From Eledone cirrhosa (lineage: Eukaryota), in contig OZ024742.1 in the NCBI GenBank assembly GCA_964016885.1, positions 204,042,001 through 204,106,000 on the forward strand: a stretch of DNA of 64,000 nucleotides, given 5' to 3'. Under the pieces are notes generated by a model that had not been told where the DNA came from, searched no databases, and was given only the letters and a program-made list of their open reading frames with translations. Positions 24,301 to 37,407 of the stretch are shown piece after piece (within the stretch, counting starts at the first letter, position 1; each line of letters opens with the position of its first letter). A program made the position numbers and the translations under genes.

Positions 24301-27300
24301 GAATTGTGGACAGCCTATGCTAAACCTATCTATTTCCCTACAAAATACTCTATCTAGATATGATCTGGATGACCCTATGCGATTTGTCCAAGTCCACATT
24401 GGCACATTCGGGAAATCCATTCGGTACCTGTCAGACAGTTCAAAACGTCTGAGCAGGTTGGTGAGACTCTTGCACCCTCCTCTCCTATCCGCTAATCCCA
24501 CACAGTCCCAGCGTGCATCTAAGATCCCATTCCAGTCACCCACTAACACTAAAGAGCGGGACGTTCCAAAAAGTTCTCCAGACGCCGGAAGAAATCAGGC
24601 CGCCCTGCTCCTTTCGGGGCATAGACGGCTACTAGCCTGAAAGCTTGCCCGTCTCCGCTGGTCACGTCCAGCACCACCAACTTACCTTCTGGGTCCAGGA
24701 ACATGGCCCGTATGGCGAGATCCAAACCTCTCCGAAAAATCACAGCAACTCCTCCCCCGATCCCGGACGGCTGGGAGATCCGTACACATCGTAGCCGCCG
24801 AAGATCGGTGCGAAGGCCCGTGCTTCGGAGATTCTGGTCTCGCTGATGGCCACTACATCTATGTTTAGTGACCTGAGGTCGTTGAGCAGGTGGCCCTGCT
24901 TCCATGACGACCCCAAGCCACGCACATTTATGCTGCCTATTCTGAGTGTAGGTCATGTTGAAATGGAGTGGAAAAAGATGGGAAAGACCACTTACCTTAC
25001 TTCTCGTAGAGGAAGGACGGTTTCTCCATCCTTTTCACGGCTTGTGGCCTCCTCCGGAAGGATGTCCTTATAAATCCTCCTGGAGAGTGCTTGTCGGAAG
25101 TCTCCGATGTCTTTGGGAATTTTTTGTTTTAGTGTCATGTACGTTTTCTGTGTGATGCGAGTGATTTGTATGTGTGGAGGTGGTGTGAACTTTTGGGTTG
25201 TTGTATAGTCTTTTTCTGTGATGCTGGTGTTGTGTTGGATGTAGTGTAATAATTGGTTGTTGTTCAAATATAATGCTGTGTAGTGTGTATCGTTTTGGTT
25301 GTTTTGTTTTGTTTGTGTTTGTTGTGGGTTTGTTTCTGTTTCGCTTTTTGGTTACTTTTGTGGTGTAGGTGATGGTGGTGTTGGGGTTAATGATGGTAAT
25401 GGTGTTCGTGTTTGGGGTGATGGGGTTGGTGATGCTGGTGTGGATGGTGGCATATCTGTCCTAACTTTTTTGTTTGATAGTTTATTTGTTTCCCTCTGTA
25501 TTTTGTTTTTGGAGGGGGAAAGAAGAGAATCTTTTCTTTTTGGTTTCTTTTTTTCTTTTTTCCTGATACCGTTTCCCACTCCTCGTCGTTACAATCTGTC
25601 TCCAGTTGTGATAGGCCGGGGCGTGGAAAATCCTCCACAGGCGTTAGTTTTGGTTGTGGCGTGGTTGATGGTGTAGGCGCTGGTGCTAGTTCTGGCGCGT
25701 TGGGCGGTGGTGGTGTTGGTTTTGTTACTGTTGTTGGGGTTGTTGCTGTTACAGTTGCTACAGTTGTTGCTGCCATCTCTGCTGCTGGTGGTGTTGATGG
25801 TTGAGTCACCTGGGTGGGTAGGAGAGGTGGCCTCAACCTTATAGCCTGACGGCAGAAAGCCCTTAGGTGGGTTCCTTCACCACAAACGACACATCTAGGC
25901 CTTCTGCCCTCGACAATTACGGTGAGGTGGCTGCTGTCAGTGAGGTCTATTACCTCTGGGATCTCCTCAATGCTTTTTTGATCCGCTTGGATCAGGAGCT
26001 CCATCCCAGATCCGGACCAGTTCTCCTGCTTTTCTTTCGCTATTTCGATTATCTTGGTGTTGGCTTCGATGCCGGCGAGGACGGCAGCTATTAGCCAGGG
26101 AATTTCGATGGCCGGTGGAACGTGGGTCACCCTGATCTTTACGAGTCTCTGGCCACAATAGCTTGGGACGAGTGTGAAGTCGTCACTTCTTAATGGGGCC
26201 ATGGAGTGTTCTCTAGCCTCCTGTGGTGTTTCAAAGAACACATCCACGGTTCCATACTTCTGCCCACGTCTGATGTAGGGTTTTTTTGCCCACACATGTC
26301 CCAAAGCTTTTTTGATTTGGGACTCGGATGCCCGTTCCACTCGGCGCGATTTTATATTAATTGTTCGATAAGACACGGTGCATAGGCGCCGATGCTCCAT
26401 TTTGTTAGATGTGTGTGGGGGGGGGGGTGAGACTGACTCTGTACCCATCTTTCTTTACCATTTTGTTTGGCTTCCTCTAATTTCTCCTGAGTTACCTGAA
26501 ATGCTTCGCACTGTTTTGCTACTCTGGCAAAACTCAGGGTGGTTTTCTTAATGTCATTGTTGCTGTTGTTGTTATCGTTATTTTTGTTATTATTAATTTT
26601 AGTTTCGCGGTGAATTGGCAGTATCGGTAGAGGGTTGGATTATGCTTTCCAGCATAGTTAAGTCCCTTTACGATCTGAGTTCAATTCCCGCCGAGGTTAA
26701 CTTTGCCTTTCATCCTTACGGGGTCGATAAAATAAAGTACCAGTAATGTACTGGGATAATTGCTGGCCTTGTGCCAAAAAGTAGAAACAATTATTAATTT
26801 TAGTTTCAGTTGTGGTGGTGGTGGCGTGAGTGGTGTTCGGTGTGGAAGAGTTCATTTTGGTTGAATTCATTTCGATATCACGAGTTAATTTATTTTTTTT
26901 CCTTTTGTTTCTGTTGTCGCGGTGGTGTTGGGGGTGGTTGTTGTCTCGGTGGTGGTGGTGGTGGCGGCTTTAACACCTGCAGTCATTGGTAATGGCGGGA
27001 AATGAATGTCTGCCTGAGACAAATTTAAAATATTGCTACTGCTTATATTTTTTTAGTGTTGGCAAGCGTAGTAATATTTACAATGGTTGTGTCGGTGTGA
27101 GGTGTTAGTTTGTGAGAAAGGAGTGACTCTGAGTCAGCCATGATGTTTCAAAAAAAATTTTTTGTTTGATAATTATAAAAGTTTAAATTTTGGGCTCAAG
27201 GCCCCAATCATTTTGGGTGTCCTTTTCAGATAACAATGTATGTGCACTTATATACAATTAACAATAAAATTTTCCATGAATGGCAATTTTGAACAACTAA

Positions 27301-27354
27301 AAATAACAAACCTTTGCGGAGCTCACGATGATACGATTTACTACGTAGGTCACC
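21333..27354 (-). mobile_element. Tx1/L1-like LINE, family B copy 1, full length and decayed, in (AAT)n
   Basis: ORF1 has CVVCGEGTHLRAFC. ORF2 is APE-RT (NLDQSKAFDRVDH, QGCP, AYADD) with a premature stop at 22053 and frameshifts. (AAT)n lies on both ends, and it is highly similar to 31329-37227. Confidence 0.93.
26607..26790 (+). mobile_element. SINE inserted in ORF1 of Tx1-like element B, with a ~17-bp target-site duplication
   Basis: ttattaattttagtttc occurs at 26590-26606 and 26791-26807. The empty site is present in element C at about 36652-36668. Confidence 0.9.

Positions 27355-27420
<66 letters not shown>
27355..27420. repeat. (AAT)n microsatellite
   Basis: Pure run. Confidence 0.95.
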
Positions 27421-27421
<1 letters not shown>

Positions 27422-27722
27422 GGAGAAAATTAACCGATACCAGGACCTAAAGTGGGAGGTGAAAAGGATTTGTAACTGCCATGAAGTCAAAGTGATCCCG
27501 ATTGTCATAGGCGCACTGGGGACTATCTCCAAAAGTTTCCAGGGATGGTTAAAGAAAATCGGCCCCTTCACGCTTTTTGGAACACTTCAAAAGGCATGCT
27601 TGCTTGGAACAGCAAGAACCCTCCGATACGTCCTGAATATCTGAGGCTGCAGGTAGTGGCTTGATATTCATTCCAACGGACTTTCCAGTTAACCAACATC
27701 AATGACTGAGATTCAAGGAATA
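27421..27722 (+). mobile_element. 3' fragment of R4/Dong-like family 2
   Basis: VIPIVIGALGTISK..LLGTARTLRYVLNI* and the 3' UTR match 30940-31235. Confidence 0.88.
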
Positions 27723-27771
27723 ACAACAATAATAATAATAATAATAATGATAATAATAATAATAATAATAA

Positions 27772-28557
27772 TTATATCAGCACAAGATCAGTGTCTGCCA
27801 ACAAAAAATTACCAAGCCAACATAATAAAAAATGGATGCAGCCCATTATGCCGTATATGCAAAAAACAACCAGAGACCATTGACCATATAATTTCAATGT
27901 GCAGTCCTATAGCTCCAACCGAATACCTAAACAGGCATGACATAGCTGCACAATACATACATTGGATAATGTGTAAGCATTTTGACCTGCCCCATCAAAA
28001 GATTGGTGGGAGCATCAACCACCTCCCATACTTGAAAAAGATCACATCTCAATCTTGTGGAACTTTAGCATCCAAACAGACCGAAAAATAGATGCAAATA
28101 GACCTGATATAATATTGAAGGACTTTAAAAAGAGGGTATGCCTGCTAATTGATATGTCTGTTCCAATAGACAAGAATGTATCTATAAAAACATTTGAAAA
28201 ATTGAGCAAGTATAAGGACCTGGAGATAGAAATTGGAAAAATGTGGAAATTGAGAACTAAAACAATACCAAAACATAGGCGCTCTGGGAATGATACCTAA
28301 GGGGTCTAATGATTACTTATCGCAAATACCAGGAAACCCGCGCATAGGAGAAATACAAAAGATAGTACTAATGGGAACTGCCCATATACTAAGGAAGATT
28401 CTGTCAATATAAGTACATCACAAGTCTAAACACTAAAGATGCATGTGTGAGTATGTATGTTCTTTCTTGAACATGGCGGACCTTGTTGTCTCTTGAGGTC
28501 ACTGGTTGTGACTTGGTGATAACTCGTATGAACATAAAGCAAGATAAATGCAACTGT
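27772..28557 (+). mobile_element. 3' fragment of a third R4/Dong-like family (CCHC + RLE)
   Basis: AQDQCLPTKNY, CRICKKQPETIDHIISMC, RHD and RPDIIL..LIDMSVP..K..KY, with (TAA)n on both sides. Confidence 0.88.
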
Positions 28558-28574
28558 AATAATAATAATAATAA

Positions 28575-31235
28575 TGACATTGGAAAGTTTGAGTCCCTAC
28601 TGAATGGGACACTAAAAAACATAGACACTAAAAATAGACTGGAAATAAAGTACAAAACTAGGAGGAAAAAGCAAAATATTATCATAGAGGAACTAAAGCA
28701 ACGCATTATAGCAAAGAGTGCAAAAAGTAGGCTATACGAGAGCAGAGTCAGTCAGTATAGACAGAACCGCATGTTTGACAACAACCAGAAGATGCTGTTT
28801 GGACAGCTTGAAGGGAAAGAAAGAGGCAACGACTTGATCCCTGAGGCGGAACAAACTAAGATATTCTGGAGAGGAATATGGGAGCAGGATGTTAAACATA
28901 ATGACCAGGCAGTGTGGATTGAGACAGTACAAAAGGAGATTAGTGAACAGGCACACCAACAAACTGATTTGAGTATCACAGTTGAAACTCTTAAGGGGCA
29001 GGCCAAAAAACTAACCAACTGGAAATCACCAGGGCCAGATGGTGTGCAGAGGTATTGGATTAAAAATATAACATCCCTCCACTCGAAACTGACAACCATG
29101 TTCAATGACTGCTTGATGTCAGGTAAGGTACCAGAGTGGTTAACAAAAGGTACCACAGTTCTGGTAATGAAAGTCCGAATCAAGGGTAATGATGTTACCA
29201 ACTATAGACCTATCACATGTCTGTCCGTAATGTGGAAACTGTTGACAAGCATTATGTCTGAGGAAATCTACCATCACCTCCACACAGACAAGTTGTTACC
29301 GGATGAACAGAAAGGACGCCGAAAGAAGTCCCGTGGTACAAAGGACCAGTTACTTAGTGATAATATGGTGATGAGGAATTGCAAGAGGAGACACACTGGT
29401 CTTGCCATGGGATGGATAGACTACAAAAAGGCATTTGACATGGTGCCTCATTCTTGGATCACCAAAAGCCTAGAGATCTTCGGGGTGGCAGATAACATCA
29501 GACAGTTGTTGGGCAAAAGTATGAAGTCCTGGAAAACAGAGTTAACATCAGCTGGAGAATCCTTGGGACGCGTGAAGATCAAGAGAGGTATCTTCCAGGG
29601 AGATAGTCTGTCCCCTCTGTTGTTTGTCCTTGCCCTGATGCCCCTGACCATTATACTGCGAAAAGTGAGAGCAGGATACAAGTTGGGAAAGGGAGAGCTT
29701 ACCATCAATCACCTCCTCTTCATGGACGATCTTAAGCTCTTCGGAAAGAGTGAGAAGGAGTTGGATGTGCTTGTTGACACTGTCCGTATTTTCAGCAATG
29801 ATATATGTATGCAATTTGGTATTAGTAAGTGTGGAGTCATTGTGATGAAGAGGGGTAAATTGAGCAGAAGTAACGGAATCCAGGTACCAACAGGTGAGAT
29901 GATAAAGGAAATTGACTCTGAAGAAGGATACAAGTATTTGGGTGTTCTGGAGGCTGATGACATCAAGAACAAAAAATGAAGGAATTGTTAAGATCTGAAT
30001 ACATTCGGAGAGTAAGGAGCGTATTAAAGTCACATCTGAACAGTAGGAATGCCATAAGTTCAGTAAATTCCCGAGCTGTGTCTATTATTAGGTACAGTGC
30101 GGGAATTCTGAGATGGAATGTTGCTGAACAAAAAAAAAATGGATAGGAAGACTAGGAAGCTATTGACTATATACAACATGTTCCACAAGAGGAGTGATGT
30201 CGATAGACTCTACTTAAGGAGATCTGAAGGTGGAAGAGGTCTTATTAGCATAGAGGACTGTGTTCAGATGGAGAAAAACAACCTACACAAATACGTGACT
30301 GATAGTAAGGAGCCAATGCTGAGAATTGTACTGAAGGAAAGGACAATAGACCAGGGGACGTCCAAGGAGGAAATAACATCAAGGAGAAAGAGCAGCCTTC
30401 AGGAAAAATCCCTTCATAGTACCTTCTTTGAGAAAACTGAATTCAGAGATCCACAGATATGGAACTGGTTGAAAAGAGGACACCTTAAAAAGGCTACAGA
30501 AGGAATGCTAATGGCTGCGCAAGAGCAGGTCCTCAAAACGAAGTGGCTGAAACACCATATTTACAAGGAGGAGGCTAGCCCACTGTGTAGGATCTGTGGA
30601 GAGAGAGAGGAGACTGTGGATCACATTGTATCCGAGTGTAAACACCTAGCCCAGACTCACTATAAAGGCTGGAGACATGATGTGATGGGCAGGGTGATCC
30701 ACTGGCACCTATGCAAAGTAAACAATTTACGACATTCTGAGAAGTGGTATGAGCATAAGCCAGAGTCGGTGATAGAAAACGATCAGGTGAAGGTGCTGTG
30801 GGATTTTAGAATACAAACGGACAAGAAACTGGAACACAATAGACCTGACCTGGTGGTTTTGGACAAGGAAAAAAGATAGTGCCTGATTGTGGATGTGGCC
30901 TGCCCATTCGACACGAGAGGGCAAGAGAAGGAGAGGAAGAAAATTAACCGATACCAGGACTTTAACTGGGAGGTGAAAAGGATTAGGAACTGCTATGAAG
31001 TCAAAGTGGTCCCGATTGTCATAGGCGCACTAGGTACTATCTCAAAAAGTTTCCAGGGATGGTTAAAGAAAATTGGCCCCTTCACGCTTTTTGGAGCGCT
31101 TCAAAAGGCATGCTTGCCGGGAACAGCAAGAACCCTCCGATACGTCCTGAATATCTGAGGCTGCAGTTAGTGGCTTGATATTCATTTCAACAAACTTTCC
31201 AGTTAAATAACATCAATGACTGATACTCAAAGAAC
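28575..31235 (+). mobile_element. R4/Dong-like non-LTR retrotransposon family 2, 5'-truncated, in (TAA)n
   Basis: WKSPGPDG, NYRPITCL, WIDYKKAFDMVPHSW, GIFQGDSLSPLLF, HLLFMDDLKLF, YKYLG, CRICGEREETVDHIVSEC and RPDLVVLD..DVACP. It has a short 3' UTR followed by (TAA)n. Confidence 0.93.

Positions 31236-31328
<93 letters not shown>
31236..31328. repeat. (AAT)n microsatellite shared by the tail-to-tail Dong-like and Tx1-like elements
   Basis: Pure run of about 31 units. Confidence 0.95.
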
Positions 31329-31329
<1 letters not shown>

Positions 31330-31571
31330 TTTTCTTTATTAACCACAAGGGTTCACATAAAGTAGACATTAAGGACAGTACAGGACAATACAGGACGGTA
31401 CAAATGGGCATTTCTGCGTGTAAAAAAACAGAGGTTGAAATAAAATAACAAAGAAAAATTCCCCAATAGGGGGGAGACTTCCAAGGGACATTTGTGGAGA
31501 AAGCCCATTAAAAGACCACAGTGGCCCTGACCACCAGGGCAAGTGCCCTCTCCCAGTTTTCCACATTTAAT

Positions 31572-34500
31572 TTACAGACACATACTCAGAGAAGGCCCAT
31601 TCATTCGGGCCATACTTGCTTCTCTCACCCATCTTTCAACAAAATGCTGGGAAGAGAGCACTTCCCTCTCTACCCTGATTTTCCTTTTCAAACGAAATTT
31701 GAAAAAGTTAATCAGGGCATCACCGAAGAGGTAAGTGCTCGTCTTCAGCCCTTTCAAACGTGTCCACCATACTATCTCTTTCGCCATGGCCACCAGACAG
31801 ATAAAAACTGCCTGCCCTTCCCGGCTAAAGGAAGGGGGCGGGGCAATCCTCACGATGGACTCAGCTGATAGCTGGATCCGTCCTACACGTGACAGCAGGT
31901 GTTCGACATAAACCCACAAGTCAGCAATGCTCGGACACTGGACGAGTGCGTGCAGGACGGTTTCGTCGCCCTGCGCGCATCTCGGACATGCCCGGCTGAC
32001 GGCACCTCCATGCCTGTAGAGTTTATCCCGAACTGGCAAAGCTCCTCGGTAGCACTGCCAGGCCAGGGATTTCTGGAAGTTGTCCATAGGCCCCGGCCCG
32101 AAAGTCCTTCCGAAGAGATTGGCTAGTTGATTTTCGTCGACGCCTAGAGTTTCTCCAAGTACGTCGTCGCTCTTCCCCTCCACTAATCCCCTATAGAACG
32201 CCAAGGTGGAGTTTCCACCGATCACATTGCCCGATTGGTCGAGGGCTGTGAGCGCCTGAAGACATTCCAGTCTCCAAGCGCTCCCTCTCGGTCTTCGCTT
32301 GACCCAGGACTGCAGCTCCGTCAAGGAGACGAGCTGGGGAAAAACGTGTCTCGCAAACGGCGACCACACCTGATCACCGTCGAGGAAGAGGTGGAGATGT
32401 CGTAGCCTGAGCGCGTGTCTGCGCATCATCAGCCACGGCATGCCCAGCCCTCCACGTAGCGGGTGTTGACAGCAGATGGACCGCCTGACCATCGGAGCGC
32501 GTCCCTTCCACAAGAAGCGAAAGAGCAAACGCTCCAGCGCAGTCAGGCGGGGCTTAGGACAAGCTACGACGGTCAGGCGGTAGTAGATGACGGATGCGAT
32601 GTACGCATTCGCAACCTCCGCTCGACCTTTCAGGGATAGCTTCCTCTCGGCGCATTTCTGGGTGAGAGAAGCCACTCTGCTCGTCACCTCGTCCCAGTTT
32701 TTGTCCGTCTGGAGGTCTGGACCGAACCAGACCCCTAGCAATTTAACGGGTCCGTCCGTCCAGCGCCCGACGACGCTGTTGGACGGCATGGACCTGCCTC
32801 TCCAGGTGCTGAGCTGCAGGCCCACTGACTTTTCCTGGTTGATCATTGCTCCTGTCACCGCTTCGTATTCTCTTAGTGTAGTGCCGATCGCCCTCGATGT
32901 GTTTGGCGTTCGACACCACTACGGTGACATCGTCGGCATATGCTGACACGGATCTTCCGCATCCTAGTTCGCCCGGGACCCCCCTCAACGTCTCCAGTTT
33001 GTGCAGTAATGGCTCGAGAGTCAATACGTACAATAGGGACGAGAGGGGACATCCTTGGCGGGCCGAGCGCATGATGTTGAACGGTTCCGAAAGGTGACCG
33101 TTCACTCTCACTACAGAGCAGATGTCGCTTGCATGGCAGCGATCCAGCCTCTGAAAACGGGCCCAAAGCCAGCCGCCCTCAGGACTGCCGCTAGGTAACG
33201 ATGGTCGACCCTATCGAAGGCTTTCGACTGATCTAAATTGATCAAAGACCCACCCGTGCCAGGTTCCCTAGCTACCCTCTCTACGATGTATCGCATGATG
33301 TGGAGGTTGTCGTTGATGGATCTGTCGGGAATGGCGCATGTCTGTGCCTCTCCCACCAGACCACCAACAACTAGCGCCAACCTCTTTGCTAGCACCTTGG
33401 CCAAAATCTTGAACTCTGTGTTTAGCAGAGTTATGGGCTTAAAATTATCTATGTTATCCCCCTTGTTCGGATCCTTTCTCAGCAGCGCCACCGCTCCTCG
33501 GCTCACAGAGCTGGGAATTCTCCCGTTCTGTTGCCAGTTGCAGTAGACGTCCGCCAAGAGGCCTCCGAACAAGTTTGGCATTTGTACGTAAAGTTCATAG
33601 GGCAGACCATCCAAACCAGGCGATTTACCCCTTGTGCAACTAGTCATTGCATCCCGTACTTCAGCGGTTGTTATCGGCTTTTCGCAACACTCCGCCTCAG
33701 TGGCCGAAAGCCGCGGCAGTCCGTCGAGGTAGACACTAAAGTCCATCCCTTGATCCGGCCCGCCACTGCCCCCGAACAGTTGAGCGAAGTGTCGCTGAAA
33801 AGCTTCACACATTTGCCCGGGATCGAGTAGCATGCGCCCGTCGTGGTCCACCAAAGACCGGATCGTGGCTTTGTTGCCACGACGCGCCTCCGCCACTCGG
33901 GCCCATTGAACGGCTTTCGTCCCCTCGTGTCTGAGAGCACGCACCCTAGCTCTGACAACGCAGCCTTCGTGCTTTGCATTGAAGAATTGGTCAAGGGCCA
34001 ATTTCGCCGCAAGTACGTCGGTCGCGATGCTTTTGCTAAGCGCCTCATCTAATTTTCTAACTAATTCTCCCTCTGCTCTATTTTTCTCTATTGCTAAAGT
34101 CTTTCTAAACCTAATGGACTTTATTCTAATTGCTCTTTTCAGAGCAAACCACCACTTGTTGTTGACGATGGCCCCCGTCAACGCCCGCTTAACTAGTTCG
34201 CTAATCCGGTCTCTGTAGGCCTTGCGCGCTGGTAAGGACGCGTTTAGCTTCCAGTAGCCGGGTCCTTGTCTATGAAGCCTATCTAAGTCAAGCACACAGA
34301 TCACGAATTTGTGGTCGTGTAGCTGACTATCTTGAATTGTGGACAGCCTATGCTAGACCTATCTATTTTCCTACAAAATACTCTATCTAGATATGATCTG
34401 GATGACCCTATGTGATTTGTCCAAGTCCACATTGGTACATTCGGGAAATCCATTCGGTACCTGTCAGACAGTTCAAAACGTCTGAGCAGGTTGGTGAGAC

Positions 34501-34990
34501 TCTTGCACCCTCCTTCCCTATCCACTAATCCCACACAATCCCAGCGTGTATCTAAGATCCCGTTCCAGTCGCCCACTAACACTAAAGAGCGGGACGTTCC
34601 AAGAAAGGTCTCCAGACGCCGGAAGAAATCGGGCCGCCCTGCTCCTGTCGGGGCATAGACGGCCACTAACCTGAAAGCTTGCCCGTCTCCGCTGGTCACG
34701 TCCAGCACCACCAACTTACCTTCTGGGTCCAGGAAGATGGCCCGTATGGCAAGATCCAAACCTCTCCGAAAAAGCACAGCAACTCCTCCCCCCGATCCCG
34801 GACGGCTGGGAGATGAGTACACATCGTAGCCGCCGAAGATCGGTGCGAAAGCCTGTGCTTCGGAGATTCTGGTCTCGCTGATGGCCACTACATCTATGTT
34901 TAGTGACCTGAGGTCGTTGAGCAGGTGGCCCTGCTTCCATGACGACCCCAAGCCACGCGCATTTATGCTGCCTATTCTGAGTGAGGTCAT
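31572..34990 (-). pseudogene. Element C ORF2 (APE endonuclease, RT, C-terminal Zn finger), with small frameshifts
   Basis: ORFs 34301-34990, 33111-34304, 32743-33111 and 31572-32858 tile a complete protein. Confidence 0.9.
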
Positions 34991-35024
34991 GTTGAAAAGG
35001 AGTGGAAAAGATGGGAAAGACCAC

Positions 35025-37019
35025 TTACCTTACTTCTCGTAGGGGAAGGACGGTTTTTCCATCCTTTTCACTGCTTGTGGCCTCCTCAGGAAAGATGTCC
35101 TTATAAATCCTCCTGGAGAGTGCTTGTCGGAAGTCTCCGATGTCTTTGGGGAATTTTTGTTTTAGTGTCATGTACGTTTTCTGTGTGATGCGAGTGATTT
35201 GTATGTGTGGAGGTGGTGTGAATTTTGGGGTTGTTGTGTAGTCTTTTTCTGTAATGCTGGTGTTGTGTTGGATGTAGTGTAATAATTGCTTGTTGTTCAA
35301 ATTTAATGCTGTGTAGTGTGTATCGTTTTGGTTGTTTTGTTTTGTTTGCGTTTGTTGTGGGTTTGTTTCTGTTTCGCATTTTGGTGACTTTTGTGGTGTA
35401 GGTGATGGTGGTGTTGGGGTTAATGATGGTGATGGTGTTGGTGTTTGGGTTGATGGGGTTGGTGATGCTGGTGTGGATGGTGGCATATCTGTCCTAACTT
35501 TTTTGTTTCTTAATTTATTTGTTTCCCTCTGTATTTTGTTTTTGGCGGGGGAAGGAAGAGAATTTTTTCTGTTTTGGTTTCTTTTTTTTTTTTTCCGGAT
35601 ATCGTTTCCCACTCCTCGTCGTCACAATCTGTCTCCAGTTGTGATAGGCCGGGGAGTGGAAAATCCTCCACAGCCGTTAGTTTTGGTTGTGGCGTGGTGG
35701 ATGGTGTAGGCGCTGGTGCTAGTTCTGAAGCGTTGGGTGGTGGTGGTGTTGGTTTTGCTGGTGGTGGTGGTGGTGTTGGTTTTGCTACTGTTGCTGGGGT
35801 TGTTGCTGTTATAGTTGCTTCTGTTGTTGCTGCTACAGTTGTTGCTGCCATCTCTGCTACTGGTGGTGTTGATGGTTGTGTCACTGGGGTGGGTAGGAGA
35901 GGTGGCCTCAACCTTTTAGCCTGACGGCAGAAAGCCCTTAGGTGGGTTCCTTCACCACAAACGACACACCTAGGTCTTCTGCCCTCGACAATTACCGTGA
36001 GGTGGCTGCCGTCAGTGAGGTCTATTACCTCTGGGATCTCCTCAATGCTTTTTTGGTCCGCTTGGATCAGGAGCTCCATCCCAGATCCGGACCAGTTTTC
36101 CTGCTTTTCTTTTGCTATTGCTATTATTTTCGTGTTGGCTTCGATGCCGGCGAGGACGGCCGCTATTAGCCAGGGAATTTCGATGGCCGGTGGAACGTGG
36201 GTCACCCTGATCTTTACGAGTCTCTGGCCACAATAGCTTGGGACGAGTGTGAAGTCGTCACTTTTTAATGGGGCCATGGAGTGTTCTCTAGCCTCCTCTG
36301 GTGTTTCAAAGAACACGTCCACGGTTCCATACTTTTTCCCACGTCTGATGTGGGTTTTTCTTGCCCACACATGTCCCAAAGCTTTTTTGATTTGGGACTC
36401 GGATGCCTGTTCCACTCGGCGCGATTTTACATTTATTGTTCTATACGACACGGTGCATAGGCGCCGATGCTCCATTTTATTAGGTGGGGGGGTGGGGGTG
36501 AGGCTGACCCTGTACCCATCTTTCTTTACCATTTGTTTGGCATTTTCTAAATCTTCCTGAGTTACCGTAAATGCTTCGAATTGTTTGCTACTCTGGCGAA
36601 ACTGAGGGGGGGGGGGTTATAATGTCATTGTTGTTGTTGTTGCTATCGTTAATATTAATTTTAGTTTCAGTTGTGGTGGTGGTGACGTCAGTCGTCTTTG
36701 GTGGGGAAGAGTCCATTTTGCTTGATTTCATTTCGACATCACGAGTTAATTTATTTTTTTCTTCTTTTGTTTCTGTTGTCGCGGTGGTGGTGGTGGTTGT
36801 GGTTGTCGCGGTGGTGGTGGTGGTGGAGGCTTTAACACCTGCAGTCATTGGTAATGGCGAGAAATGAATGTCTGCCTGAGACAAATTTAAAATATTGCTA
36901 CTGCTTATATTTTTTTTTGTGTTGGCAAACGTAGTAACATTTACAATGCTGGTGTCGGTGTGAGCTGTTATTTTGTGAGGAAGGCTTTCAGCTGCTTCGT
37001 GCAGAGGTGAAGTAGCCAT
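35025..37019 (-). pseudogene. Element C ORF1 (CCHC knuckle, T/P-rich), frameshifted at or near homopolymer runs
   Basis: ORFs 36588-37019, 35510-36532 and 35025-35612. Confidence 0.82.
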
Positions 37020-37248
37020 TTTTCTTCAAAGAAATTTTTTGATAATAATAAAAGCTAAAATTTTGGGCACAAGGCCCCAATCTTTTTGGGTGTCCTTTTC
37101 GGAAAACAATGTATGTGTGCTTATAAACAGTTAGCAATAAAATTTTCCATAAATGGCAATTTTTAACAAACGGAAATAACAAACCTTTGCGGAGCTCACG
37201 ATGATACGATTTACTACGTAGGTCGCCAATAATAATAATAATAATAAT

Positions 37249-37400
37249 GATTTCATTTATTAGCCGCAAGGGCCGAGATGTAGTGGACAATACAAAGACA
37301 GGGACAGTGGGGGTTTACAATGAGGTCGAGTAAAAGTGCACAATGGCAAGACTAATTTAACAATTTTATAAAAATATAAAATAAACTATGCATAAATATA
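37249..37400 (-). mobile_element. 3'-terminal fragment of another Tx1-like element
   Basis: tttattagccgcaagggc...ggggttta...gtcgagtaa resembles the 3' ends of elements A and B, and it follows (AAT)n. Confidence 0.55.
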
Positions 37401-37407
37401 ACAAAAT

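Larger units (their letters stand above)
31329..37227 (-). mobile_element. Tx1/L1-like LINE, family B copy 2 (element C), full length and nearly intact, in (AAT)n
   Basis: The 5' end is ggcgacctacgtagtaaatcg. ORF1 spans 37019-35025 and ORF2 spans 34990-31572. AATAAA lies just before (ATT)n. Confidence 0.94.

Noticed and set aside
21529-36560. Antisense plus-strand ORFs overlapping the Tx1-like ORFs
   Set aside because: They are shadow ORFs of GC-rich coding sequence with no recognisable motifs.
21333-37227. Elements B and C as one segmental duplication or LTR pair
   Set aside because: They differ by many substitutions, indels and a SINE insertion and have different neighbours, which fits independent LINE insertions.
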